Assembly (NCBI GenBank): GCA_942492995.1
Contig: OW818653.1
Coordinates: 240,001 to 272,000 of the forward strand
Direction of reading: 5' to 3'
From: an uncultured Erysipelotrichaceae bacterium
Lineage (GTDB): Bacteria > Bacillota_I > Bacilli_A > Erysipelotrichales > Erysipelotrichaceae
Length of the DNA: 32,000 nucleotides
Shown: one piece after another, positions 14,934-23,753 of the stretch
Layout: each line of letters starts with the position of its first letter
Numbering within the stretch: the first letter of the stretch is position 1
Made by a program: the position numbers and the translations under genes
The notes under the pieces: model-generated
Seen by the model: the letters and a program-made list of their open reading frames with translations, nothing else
The model's database searches: none
Told to the model about the DNA's origin: nothing

Positions 14934-17834
14934 ATGAAAAAATGTCTGGTCATTTTATTTAGTCTTATTTTGATGACAGGATCATTTATTTCGGTATCTT
15001 CTACATCTTTAGTAAGTTTAACGCAAGCAGAAGAAGATTTTATTAAAGCGCATCCAGTTATTTATTTAGGCGTTGATCCAAACTTTGTACCATATGAATT
15101 TATCGATATAGATAATACGTACAATGGAATTGCGAAAGACTATCTTGATCTTATTTCCGAAAAAACGGGTTTAAAATTTGAGATTACAAAAGGATTAACT
15201 TGGGATCAAGCATTTGAAAAGGCAGTCTTAAAAGAAGTCGATGGATTACCTATAATTGGTATTTCAGATGAAAGACAAAAATATTTCTTGTTCTCCGATG
15301 CATACTATTCATTTCAACGTGTTTTGTTTATTGGAGATGCGGCATCTGATATAACATCATTTAATGATTTAGAAGGTAGAATCGTTGCCGTTCAAAACAA
15401 CTCATCACATCATGAGTTTTTGAAGACAATGCCGAATATTACATTGAGTTTATATGACACAGTTGAGGATGCGCTTAAAGCTTTATCGAATGGGGAAGAA
15501 GAAGCATTTATTGGGAATTTAGCAACAACCCTGTATTTAGCGAAAAATGTTGGCATATCGCAACTTGAATACATCGCGATCCCATCCCAGAAGCAACAAA
15601 CTCTTCATTTTGCGGCACGTAATGATTATCCAGAGCTAATTAGTATCATAAACAAAGGTTTAAAAGCGATAACTAAGTCTGAGAAAATTGAAATTGATAA
15701 CCGCTGGATTGGGGTTGTATCTAAAACAGATTACACATGGTTAATTCAAACGCTTATGTTTATTGGATTTATGTTAATCATTATTTTCTTAGTTTCATTT
15801 TTCTGGATTAAACAACTTAGAAAAGAAATAACACAGCGTAAGTTTACTGAACTTGCACTTAAACAGGCAAAAGAAGAGGCAGATAAAGCCAATCAAGTTA
15901 AATCAAGTTTCTTAGCACGTATGTCACATGAGATAAGAACTCCATTAAATGCGATATCGGGTATGTCATATATTTTAAAAAAATCTGGATTAACAATGAC
16001 ACAACAGAACTATTTGGATAAAATAAGTTCCGCTTCAAAAGATGTATTAGAAATTATAAACGATATCTTAGATTTTGCGAAAATAGAATCTGGTAAAGTT
16101 GATTTAGAAATTATTTCGTTTAGTATTGATGAAATTCTAGAACATCTAATATCAATCGTGTCTTTTAAAGCAGAGGAACAAGGAATTGAATTAATTATCG
16201 AACGAGATTCAACGATTCCACTTTATTTCTTTGGCGATCCAAAACGTATCCAACAAATCCTTTTAAATATTTTAAATAATTCAATTAAGTTTACAGAAAA
16301 GGGTTCAGTCACATTAAGTATAAAACGAATCGAAACTGTAAATAATAAATTCTCACTCGAAATAAGTGTAACTGATACAGGAATTGGTATGAATGATGAA
16401 CAAGTCAATCGCTTGTTTGAACCATTTACACAAGCTGATTCATCGATTAATCGAAGATTTGGTGGAACGGGATTAGGTTTATCGATTGTTAAGAGTTTAT
16501 TGGATTTAATGGATGGGCAAATACATATTAAGAGTGTTTTAGGTGAAGGTTCGATTTTCACGATTTGTCTTTCATTAGACGAAGATGTGGAACGAAATAT
16601 TGAACAAAGACGTATTGCGTCTGAGTTATACCTTGGAAATATTAAGACATTAATACTCGATAAATCAAATGCACATGCGACGATGATTCAAGATTATCTA
16701 AGTGCGTTTAATTTAGAGACAGAGATATTTACTGAGGCAAATAAGGCATTACTAGCGATTGAATCCGCATTTATGCAGAATCATCCATATCATTTATTAA
16801 TTGTAGATTATGACACTCCTATCGAAAAAGGATTAGATTATTGTATCAAACTTAAGAACATAGAATGGATTGATCAAACACTCAAAATTATATTGTTAAT
16901 ACCATTTAACGTAGAGAATGCGTTTGAGAGACTCGGACAAGTTGGTATAAATCTAGGAATTAATAAACCGATTGTACCATCTGTATTGTTTAATGGGATT
17001 GTAGATTTATTTAGAAGTGATGTTTATCAGAAATTAAGTAATGATAAAGTTAGTGCTAACGAGACAATAGAAGAGAATAAGTATCCATATAAGGTGTTAT
17101 TGTTCGAAGATAATAAGACAAATCAATTTATTGCACAATCCTTATTAGAACAAGTAGGTTACACTGTTAAAATAGTTGAGAATGGATTAATCGGTGTAGA
17201 GGAATTTAAGTTAAATCCAGAAGTTTACGATATTATCCTAATGGATTTACATATGCCAGTAATGAATGGATTTGAGGCTTCAGTTGAGATATTGAAGATT
17301 AATTCAAAGATACCGATCATCGCAATGACGGCAGATGCGATTACTGGAATCGAAGAAAAGTGTCGTAGTGTTGGTATTTCAAATTTCATCTCAAAACCTT
17401 TTGATCCAGCGACACTTGCGGAAAAAGTGTATGGGTTTATAAAGAATAGTCCTAATACAATAGAAAAATCTCAATCTAAAATAGAACCAAGTAATCAATC
17501 TGAAAGAATATTAGATGAAAAGTTTGGATTATTAAATGTTGGTGGTAATAAGGAGATATTTGAATCGATTCTTAAGATATTCTATGATGAAAATATAGAT
17601 ACAATCGTTAACTTAGATAAACATATGTTAGAAAACGATGTTCAAGGGTCTATACAACTTGTTCATAAGATTAAAGGTAGTACTGGCGCAATTGGCGCAA
17701 AACCTTTATATGAAACTGCGATTCTATTTCAGAAGGCACTTCAAGAGAATGATACAAACGCAATTACCTATCAACATCGAACATTTAAGAAACAACTCAC
17801 CGATTTATTAAAAGAGATTGAACAGAAGATTTAA
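14934..17834 (+). CDS. Hybrid sensor histidine kinase (SBP_bac_3-type sensor, HisKA, HATPase, receiver(s), Hpt)
   Basis: Signal peptide, an amino-acid-SBP-like extracellular domain and a TM (LIQTLMFIGFMLIIIFLVSFFWI). H-box SHEIRTPLNAI and G-boxes DTGIGM / GGTGLGLSIV. Receiver motifs ILMDLHMPVMNGFE and KP. C-terminal Hpt motif HKIKGSTGAIGA. Confidence 0.85.
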   Translation: MKKCLVILFSLILMTGSFISVSSTSLVSLTQAEEDFIKAHPVIYLGVDPNFVPYEFIDIDNTYNGIAKDYLDLISEKTGLKFEITKGLTWDQAFEKAVLKEVDGLPIIGISDERQKYFLFSDAYYSFQRVLFIGDAASDITSFNDLEGRIVAVQNNSSHHEFLKTMPNITLSLYDTVEDALKALSNGEEEAFIGNLATTLYLAKNVGISQLEYIAIPSQKQQTLHFAARNDYPELISIINKGLKAITKSEKIEIDNRWIGVVSKTDYTWLIQTLMFIGFMLIIIFLVSFFWIKQLRKEITQRKFTELALKQAKEEADKANQVKSSFLARMSHEIRTPLNAISGMSYILKKSGLTMTQQNYLDKISSASKDVLEIINDILDFAKIESGKVDLEIISFSIDEILEHLISIVSFKAEEQGIELIIERDSTIPLYFFGDPKRIQQILLNILNNSIKFTEKGSVTLSIKRIETVNNKFSLEISVTDTGIGMNDEQVNRLFEPFTQADSSINRRFGGTGLGLSIVKSLLDLMDGQIHIKSVLGEGSIFTICLSLDEDVERNIEQRRIASELYLGNIKTLILDKSNAHATMIQDYLSAFNLETEIFTEANKALLAIESAFMQNHPYHLLIVDYDTPIEKGLDYCIKLKNIEWIDQTLKIILLIPFNVENAFERLGQVGINLGINKPIVPSVLFNGIVDLFRSDVYQKLSNDKVSANETIEENKYPYKVLLFEDNKTNQFIAQSLLEQVGYTVKIVENGLIGVEEFKLNPEVYDIILMDLHMPVMNGFEASVEILKINSKIPIIAMTADAITGIEEKCRSVGISNFISKPFDPATLAEKVYGFIKNSPNTIEKSQSKIEPSNQSERILDEKFGLLNVGGNKEIFESILKIFYDENIDTIVNLDKHMLENDVQGSIQLVHKIKGSTGAIGAKPLYETAILFQKALQENDTNAITYQHRTFKKQLTDLLKEIEQKI

Positions 17835-17866
17835 AAAGCGAAACATATTAGTTTCGCTTTTCTTTG
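17835..17866 (+). terminator. Terminator after the histidine kinase gene
   Basis: AAAGCGAAAC-ATATTA-GTTTCGCTTT hairpin followed by a T-rich tract, immediately after the TAA stop. Confidence 0.8.
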
Positions 17867-17995
17867 CGTTTTTTGATTATTAAACATGTTTTTGTTAATT
17901 ACCTCTACAATGCGTTCAACTGTTTCTAGAGTTTAATGATATTTTATCTGTTAAAAAGGAATAATTTAGTAATATTATTCAAAGAGAAATTTAAT

Positions 17996-18775
17996 TTATT
18001 CAGTTTCAAAACATTGAGTGATGCCTAAATATAATCCATAGGCAATTTTTTCTTGATACGCTTGAGTTGATAAAAGTTTGTCTTCTTCAGGGTTTGATAG
18101 AAAACCCATTTCTACAGTCATGATTGGAACTTTTGACCAATTAAAACCTGTCTGGTCTATCCTAGTAATTAATCCTCGATTATCCATTCCAACCTCTTCG
18201 ACTAAAGCATTTAAGATGATCTCACCATATGTATTACTTTCATCGACGATATCTACAGCGTATCCAACTTCACCTGGGACTAACATGGATGCACCATGAA
18301 TACTACTATCCTCATAAGAATCTGCATGAATTCGTATCATCATATCCGCATTATTATCGTTAGCTAAATTTGCCCGATCAATATTACTGGAAATTACTTC
18401 ATGGTTTGTACGTGTCATAATAACGATGTACCCATCTTTTTCTAATAAATCACGTAACATAAGGGATACATTTAAATCAATTTCGCGTTCTAGAGTACCA
18501 GTAACGATGCCAACCGTACCTACTCCATACTTACGTTTCATTTGTGTAGAATCTGGCGCAATCGGTTCCATATCTTTATTCACCCATGGACCGTGCCCCG
18601 GATCAATTACAATCGTAATTGATTTTTCTTTTTTTGGAATATCTGTTTCTTTTACGGGTGTTTTATTAGTATTATTATCAACATTTACTTCGATAATATT
18701 CTTAGAGGTCAATTCTAAAAAACCTAAACTTAGTGCACTTAAAATAAAGATTATAATAAAGAGCTTTTTAGCCAT
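17996..18775 (-). CDS. N-acetylmuramoyl-L-alanine amidase (Amidase_3 family), secreted
   Basis: Signal/TM at the N-terminus, then IVIDPGHG, RANLANDNNADMMIRIHADS and TVEMGFLSNPEED, which are typical Amidase_3 motifs. Confidence 0.8.
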   Translation of the reverse strand: MAKKLFIIIFILSALSLGFLELTSKNIIEVNVDNNTNKTPVKETDIPKKEKSITIVIDPGHGPWVNKDMEPIAPDSTQMKRKYGVGTVGIVTGTLEREIDLNVSLMLRDLLEKDGYIVIMTRTNHEVISSNIDRANLANDNNADMMIRIHADSYEDSSIHGASMLVPGEVGYAVDIVDESNTYGEIILNALVEEVGMDNRGLITRIDQTGFNWSKVPIMTVEMGFLSNPEEDKLLSTQAYQEKIAYGLYLGITQCFETE

Positions 18776-18834
18776 CTATATCCCCATAATCAGTATGGCA
18801 CATAAGTATAGCTTATTGATAATAATTATTAATT

Positions 18835-20073
18835 TTATTTGATCATATGAATGAATAATCCAGAACGTAATTTCGGTTCAAACCAAGTAGATTTTGGTGG
18901 CATTAACTGACCACTGTCTGAAATCTCGATTAATTCTTCTATTGATGTCGCAACTAACGCAAATGCGACAACACAATCTTCGTTTACGCGTTTCTCTAAT
19001 GCGTCTAATCCTTTTATTCCACCAATGAAATCTATTCTTGAGTCAGTTGCGGGGTTTTGGATACCTAAAATAGGATTTAGAATCTTGTTTTGAATAATCG
19101 ATACATCTAATAAGTCTATCGGAGAATTTAATAATGTATCTCTGTATTTATAGTTTAATAAGTACCATTTACGCTTGAAATACATCGCAAATTGACCTTT
19201 AGTCTCTGGTTTAATTTTTTCATACGATGTTTGTATAATATCGAACTCATCTCGAATTAGTTTTATAAACGTTTCATCTGAAAGTCCATTTAAATCTTTT
19301 ACGACACGATTATAATCCATTATTCTTAGTTGATTAGCGGGGAAGACGACAGACAAAAATAGATTCTCTGGTTTAGTTAAATCGTTTATCTCTTGATTAC
19401 GCGCTAGTGCAATTGATTTTGCGGCAGAAGCACGATGATGACCATCCGCAATATACAATGAACTGAGTTTCTCGAATTCCACTCTGATTGTGTTTATCTG
19501 TTTTTGGTCTAGTATTCTAAAGATTCGATGATGAATCGTATCATCACTTTTAAAATCAATGATAGGTTTTGAAGATTGTTTAATCATTAGAATTAATTTA
19601 TCTAATGTTAGATTTTCTTGATAAAACATTAAAATGGGACCTGTATGCGCATTACAAACATTGATATGTTTAATACGATCGGCTAGTTTATCAGCGCGTG
19701 TTTTTTCATGATCTTTTATCGATCCATTAATTAAATCTTTAACAGCAGTTAACCCTACAAATCCAGTTTGAGAATGCGTAGGTGTATTTAGTTCATATAA
19801 ATAATATGCTTCTTCATCATCTTCTATTAACATTTTAGATTCTAACCATTCACTTAAGAGTGATTTCGCCTTCATATAGACTATTTCAGAATAAATATCG
19901 ATATTATTGTCAAAATTTGTCTCAGCTCGATCAATACGTAAAAAACTATAAGGTTTATTTATCGTTTCTATTTTTGCCTCTTCACGATTAAATACATCAT
20001 AGGGTAGAGCTGCTATATCAACAGCAAGTTCAGGTTTTGGAAGTACTGATTTAAATGGGATAAATGTAATCAT
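18835..20073 (-). CDS. DUF1015 family protein
   Basis: MITFIPFKSVLP N-terminus and the conserved ADGHHR motif (LYIADGHHRASAA). ATGA overlap with the serA stop. The serC-serA-DUF1015 arrangement is common in Firmicutes. Confidence 0.75.
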   Translation of the reverse strand: MITFIPFKSVLPKPELAVDIAALPYDVFNREEAKIETINKPYSFLRIDRAETNFDNNIDIYSEIVYMKAKSLLSEWLESKMLIEDDEEAYYLYELNTPTHSQTGFVGLTAVKDLINGSIKDHEKTRADKLADRIKHINVCNAHTGPILMFYQENLTLDKLILMIKQSSKPIIDFKSDDTIHHRIFRILDQKQINTIRVEFEKLSSLYIADGHHRASAAKSIALARNQEINDLTKPENLFLSVVFPANQLRIMDYNRVVKDLNGLSDETFIKLIRDEFDIIQTSYEKIKPETKGQFAMYFKRKWYLLNYKYRDTLLNSPIDLLDVSIIQNKILNPILGIQNPATDSRIDFIGGIKGLDALEKRVNEDCVVAFALVATSIEELIEISDSGQLMPPKSTWFEPKLRSGLFIHMIK

Positions 20074-21239
20074 AGTTGGCCCTTAATGAGTCTAACTTTA
20101 ACCACATCTTCTATTAAGGATAATTGATTTAACGTTTCTTCATCGACACTACTATCGACATCAAGAACTGTATATGCCCATTGATTTCTAGATACATTTT
20201 GCATGGTATCAATGTTGAGTTGATGTTTACCAACGATACTTGTAATTTGACTAACCATATTAACGACATTCTTGTGCAGTAATGTAATACGTGATACAGA
20301 ATGACATACACCAAGTGAACAATTTGGGAAGTTAACAGAATGAGTAATTGTTCCATTTTCGAGATAATCGAGCAATTCTTGAGCAGCCATTACTGCGCAG
20401 TTTACTTCTGATTCTGGTGTAGATGCCCCAAGATGTGGGATTTGAATCGTATTTATCATTGCCTTAGTCGAATCATTAGGAAAATCAGTCACATATTTTG
20501 CGACTTTATTAGAATGTAATGCATCTCTCATGGCATGATCATCGACAAGTTCTGCTCTTGCGAAATTGAGAATCTTAACACCTTTCTTCATTTTAGCGAT
20601 CGTCTTCTTATTAATTAAGTGTTTTGTTTCATCTAGTAAGGGTACATGGAGGCTAATATAATCAGCTTCACTGAATAATTCATCAAACGAGTTTGCACGT
20701 TGTACACTACTGGATAATCCCCAAGCTGAATGAATTGAAATATATGGATCATATCCAAGTACCTTCATTCCTAAGGCAATGGCGGCATTTGCCAACAATA
20801 CACCCACAGAACCTAAGCCTACAACACCTAACGTTTTACCTTTAAGTTCTGGACCTGAGAAGTTTGATTTCTTTGCCTCAACAATTGTTAGTAATTCATC
20901 TTTTGTTTCAGTTAATTGATTTACCCAATTAACACCTCCTAAGATATCTCTTGACGCAAGCAATAAACCAGCAATCGCAAGCTCTTTTACCGCATTCGCA
21001 TTTGCGCCAGGTGTATTAAATACCACAATCCCTTTTGCGGAACATTGTTCTAATGGAATATTGTTTACTCCAATTCCAGCACGAGCAATTGCTAATAATG
21101 AGTTAGAGAAATCGGTATTATGAAGTGATGCGGAACGAAGAAGAATCGCATCCCCATCATGTTTAACAATCGTAGCTTTATTTTTAAATTGATCTAATCC
21201 AGCTTGAGCTATTTCATTCATTAATTCGATTTTAAACAT
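20070..21239 (-). CDS. serA: D-3-phosphoglycerate dehydrogenase
   Basis: 2-hydroxyacid dehydrogenase with NAD site GVVGLGSVGVLLANAAIALGMKVLGYDP and a C-terminal ACT-like domain. ATG 21239 lies 6 nt after AAGGAGA, whereas the tracked ATG 21245 abuts the SD. It overlaps the serC stop by 8 nt. Confidence 0.85.
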   Translation of the reverse strand: MFKIELMNEIAQAGLDQFKNKATIVKHDGDAILLRSASLHNTDFSNSLLAIARAGIGVNNIPLEQCSAKGIVVFNTPGANANAVKELAIAGLLLASRDILGGVNWVNQLTETKDELLTIVEAKKSNFSGPELKGKTLGVVGLGSVGVLLANAAIALGMKVLGYDPYISIHSAWGLSSSVQRANSFDELFSEADYISLHVPLLDETKHLINKKTIAKMKKGVKILNFARAELVDDHAMRDALHSNKVAKYVTDFPNDSTKAMINTIQIPHLGASTPESEVNCAVMAAQELLDYLENGTITHSVNFPNCSLGVCHSVSRITLLHKNVVNMVSQITSIVGKHQLNIDTMQNVSRNQWAYTVLDVDSSVDEETLNQLSLIEDVVKVRLIKGQL

Positions 21240-22326
21240 GAGCATTCTCCTTTAATGTTTGAACTTCAAAGTCGTTCATACATTCGATAAGTTTTTTAAC
21301 GCCTTCAATACTCATCGCATTATAAATACTTGCACGACATCCTTTAGTTAAACGATGACCTTTTATTCCATCACATCCATAGATCAATGCGAATTTAATA
21401 AATTGTTCATCTAAATCGTCATTTAATGTTGAAAACATTACATTCATAATTGATCTATCTATTTTAGAAATAGTATTAACGAATAGTTTTGAATTATCGA
21501 TCGCAGTATAAAGTAATTCTGCTTTTTCTTTGTTGATATGTGCAATTTCTTCTAAACCACCAACTTCTTTAATCCATTCAAGAACCAATCCACTTACATA
21601 AATCGCAAAACTTGATGGTGTATTATAAAGAGAATTATTTTTAGCGTAAATTGAATAATCTAACATAGAAGGTAGATGTAATTCTTTTGTGTCGAGTAAA
21701 TCTTTTCGAATTATTACGATTGTTAATCCAGCAATACCTAAGTTTTTCTGTGCACCCGCGAAAATAAGCCCGTATTTTGATACATCAATAGGTTTTGAAC
21801 AGATGTCAGAACTCATATCACAAACTAATGTTGGATGTTCAATTGGAATTGAATGAAACTGTGTACAGTATATTGTGTTATTGGAGACATAGTGTAAATA
21901 ATCAGCGTTACTCTGATAATTTTTATTTATAAAGGGAATCTGTGTAAAATTACTTGATTCACCAGTTGCGATAATATTAACTTCGCCAAAATGTTTCGCC
22001 TCTTCAATAGCTTTTTGGCTCCATACACCAGTGTGAATTATATCTAGTCGCTTAGATTTTTTTAGGAGATTCATTGGAATCATAGTGAATTGAAGGCTTG
22101 CTCCACCTTGAAGGAAGAGAACCTCATAGTTATTAGGAATGTTTAAACATTCAATTAAATCTTGTTTCGTCTTATTTAGAATGGATTCAAAATGAAATGA
22201 TCGATGACTCATCTCCATAACTGACATACCTGAACCATTAACATCTAAACACTCTTTTTGAATTTTAAGCAAAACAGATTCAGGTAATGTTGCTGGTCCA
22301 GCAGAGAAATTGTACACACGTTTCAT
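21232..22326 (-). CDS. serC: Phosphoserine aminotransferase
   Basis: MKRVYNFSAGPATLPESVL N-terminus and the PLP-lysine region GAQKNLGIAGLTIVIIR, both typical of SerC. Confidence 0.9.
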   Translation of the reverse strand: MKRVYNFSAGPATLPESVLLKIQKECLDVNGSGMSVMEMSHRSFHFESILNKTKQDLIECLNIPNNYEVLFLQGGASLQFTMIPMNLLKKSKRLDIIHTGVWSQKAIEEAKHFGEVNIIATGESSNFTQIPFINKNYQSNADYLHYVSNNTIYCTQFHSIPIEHPTLVCDMSSDICSKPIDVSKYGLIFAGAQKNLGIAGLTIVIIRKDLLDTKELHLPSMLDYSIYAKNNSLYNTPSSFAIYVSGLVLEWIKEVGGLEEIAHINKEKAELLYTAIDNSKLFVNTISKIDRSIMNVMFSTLNDDLDEQFIKFALIYGCDGIKGHRLTKGCRASIYNAMSIEGVKKLIECMNDFEVQTLKENAHV

Positions 22327-22388
22327 AATTGATTTCCTTTCTTGATTGAATATAAAAGCAGTTTAGTTAGCTTAATTATATTGTTGTC

Positions 22389-22416
22389 ATTGTATCACTC
22401 TTGTAACAATTTACAA
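22389..22416 (-). promoter_or_regulatory. Putative promoter of the serC operon
   Basis: Minus strand reads TTGTAA, a 16-nt spacer, then an extended -10 TGATACAAT. The -35 lies inside a palindromic operator-like site. Confidence 0.4.
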
Positions 22417-22455
22417 GAAATATTTTATTTATGAAAATTATTGTAAATATTTACA
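22401..22455. promoter_or_regulatory. Two LacI/cre-like palindromes of form TGTAA-N4-TTACA, 40 bp apart
   Basis: TTGTAACAATTTACAA at 22401-22416 and TTGTAAATATTTACA at 22441-22455. They sit in the divergent serC / 22624 intergenic region. Confidence 0.4.
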
Positions 22456-22623
22456 TTATTTTAATAATATTAGTAGTTTATGTAGAAAATTAGTTATTTT
22501 ATTGTGTATTATCTTATGCATAATATACAACGTTTTATCAAGAGAATGCATAAAAGTACTATTGAATCAGTAATGCAATATAATTAGATTAACTAAGTAC
22601 TTATATAAATAAAGGAGAATAAT

Positions 22624-22995
22624 ATGCAAAAATTTGAAAAGTTTCTAAATGATATTGTAGATCCTAACCATAAACAAAGGACGATAGAAGTAATTGAATG
22701 GGTTCATAAGAATTTTCCTGAATTAGAGACTCGATATGCATGGAACCAACCGATGTTTACCGATCATGATACGTTTATTGTAGGATTTAGTGTAGCTAAG
22801 CAACATCTAGCAGTCGCCCCAGAATTAGCTGGAATTATCCATTTCACAAACGATATAAAAAAAGCTGGTTATGAACATTCCCAACAATTAATTAAATTTC
22901 CATGGGATAAACCAATTGATTTTGAATTATTAAGACGTGTGATCCAGTTTAATATTGAGGACAAAGCGAATGTATCTACATTTTGGCGAAAATAA
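22624..22995 (+). CDS. DUF1801 (YdhG-like) domain protein
   Basis: 123 aa. The FLNDIVDPNHKQRTIEVIEWVHKNFPELETRYAWNQPMF...FSVAKQHLAVAP pattern is typical of the DUF1801 family. SD AAAGGAGAA upstream. Confidence 0.55.
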   Translation: MQKFEKFLNDIVDPNHKQRTIEVIEWVHKNFPELETRYAWNQPMFTDHDTFIVGFSVAKQHLAVAPELAGIIHFTNDIKKAGYEHSQQLIKFPWDKPIDFELLRRVIQFNIEDKANVSTFWRK

Positions 22996-23004
22996 TCAAA
23001 AATA

Positions 23005-23037
23005 AAAACAAGCTTAGAGTTAATCTAAACTTGTTTT
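23005..23037. terminator. Bidirectional terminator between convergent genes
   Basis: AAAACAAGCTTAGA-GTTAA-TCTAAACTTGTTTT with one mismatch, flanked by an A-run and a T-run. Confidence 0.65.
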
Positions 23038-23660
23038 TATTTATGCGTAATTTTTAAATCTTTAAAGTAAGCATCAGTCCCAACTTCACTCCATAAACCA
23101 ATCGATCCTGTATAATCGCTTCCATGTTTTAAGTCATTCACTATTAATACTGTATTTTTTGAATTGTTGATATATAGTTTCGCAACACTATCATTAACTT
23201 CTACTTTAAAATCAATCCACTCACCAATTGATATATCGACATATGATTCATATTTCCCAGGTGCGATTTGTCTAAATGTATCAAATTTATAATCGGGATA
23301 TGAGAAATATTGAGTTGTACGATTACGTCTTAGTTGATCATCTGAACTTCCATTTGTTGGTCGTATGTATATACCTTCAAACTTTGTGTTATCTTCATTG
23401 ATTCTAAAACCAATCCCAATGAATCCTCGCGCATAATCTGGTGCGTCACTTAGTAGTTGACTGAATACTTTTACTTCGATAATTCCATTATGGAAATTAG
23501 TGTTCAATAATTTAGCGTATGTTGGCTCATCAACTTCAATAATTTTTGGGTCTTTTAATACATTAAGTGTAATTTCACCATCCAATTCAACATTTTTTAT
23601 AATTGAATTAACCGCTTTATATGCATTTGATTGGATACTTACTAATGTAGAATGTGTCAT
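23037..23660 (-). CDS. DUF1080-like (3-keto-disaccharide hydrolase / LamG-type jelly-roll) protein
   Basis: 207 aa. NFHNGIIEVKV...GFIGIGFRINEDN...AKLYINNSK...GSIGLWSEVGTDAYFKDLKI follows the DUF1080 pattern as I remember it. No signal peptide. Confidence 0.45.
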   Translation of the reverse strand: MTHSTLVSIQSNAYKAVNSIIKNVELDGEITLNVLKDPKIIEVDEPTYAKLLNTNFHNGIIEVKVFSQLLSDAPDYARGFIGIGFRINEDNTKFEGIYIRPTNGSSDDQLRRNRTTQYFSYPDYKFDTFRQIAPGKYESYVDISIGEWIDFKVEVNDSVAKLYINNSKNTVLIVNDLKHGSDYTGSIGLWSEVGTDAYFKDLKITHK

Positions 23661-23753
23661 AATTACCTCTAATTTTCTTATTAATATTAGTTTATCATGT
23701 TAACAATATAAGTGAAGTAGGCACAAAAAGGTAACTGATTCTAATTCTTTTAT

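Noticed and set aside
22327-22623. T-box or riboswitch leader upstream of serC
   Set aside because: The region is almost pure AT. It lacks the conserved T-box sequence, a specifier/antiterminator architecture, and any GC-rich helices. Only promoter-like and operator-like elements are visible.
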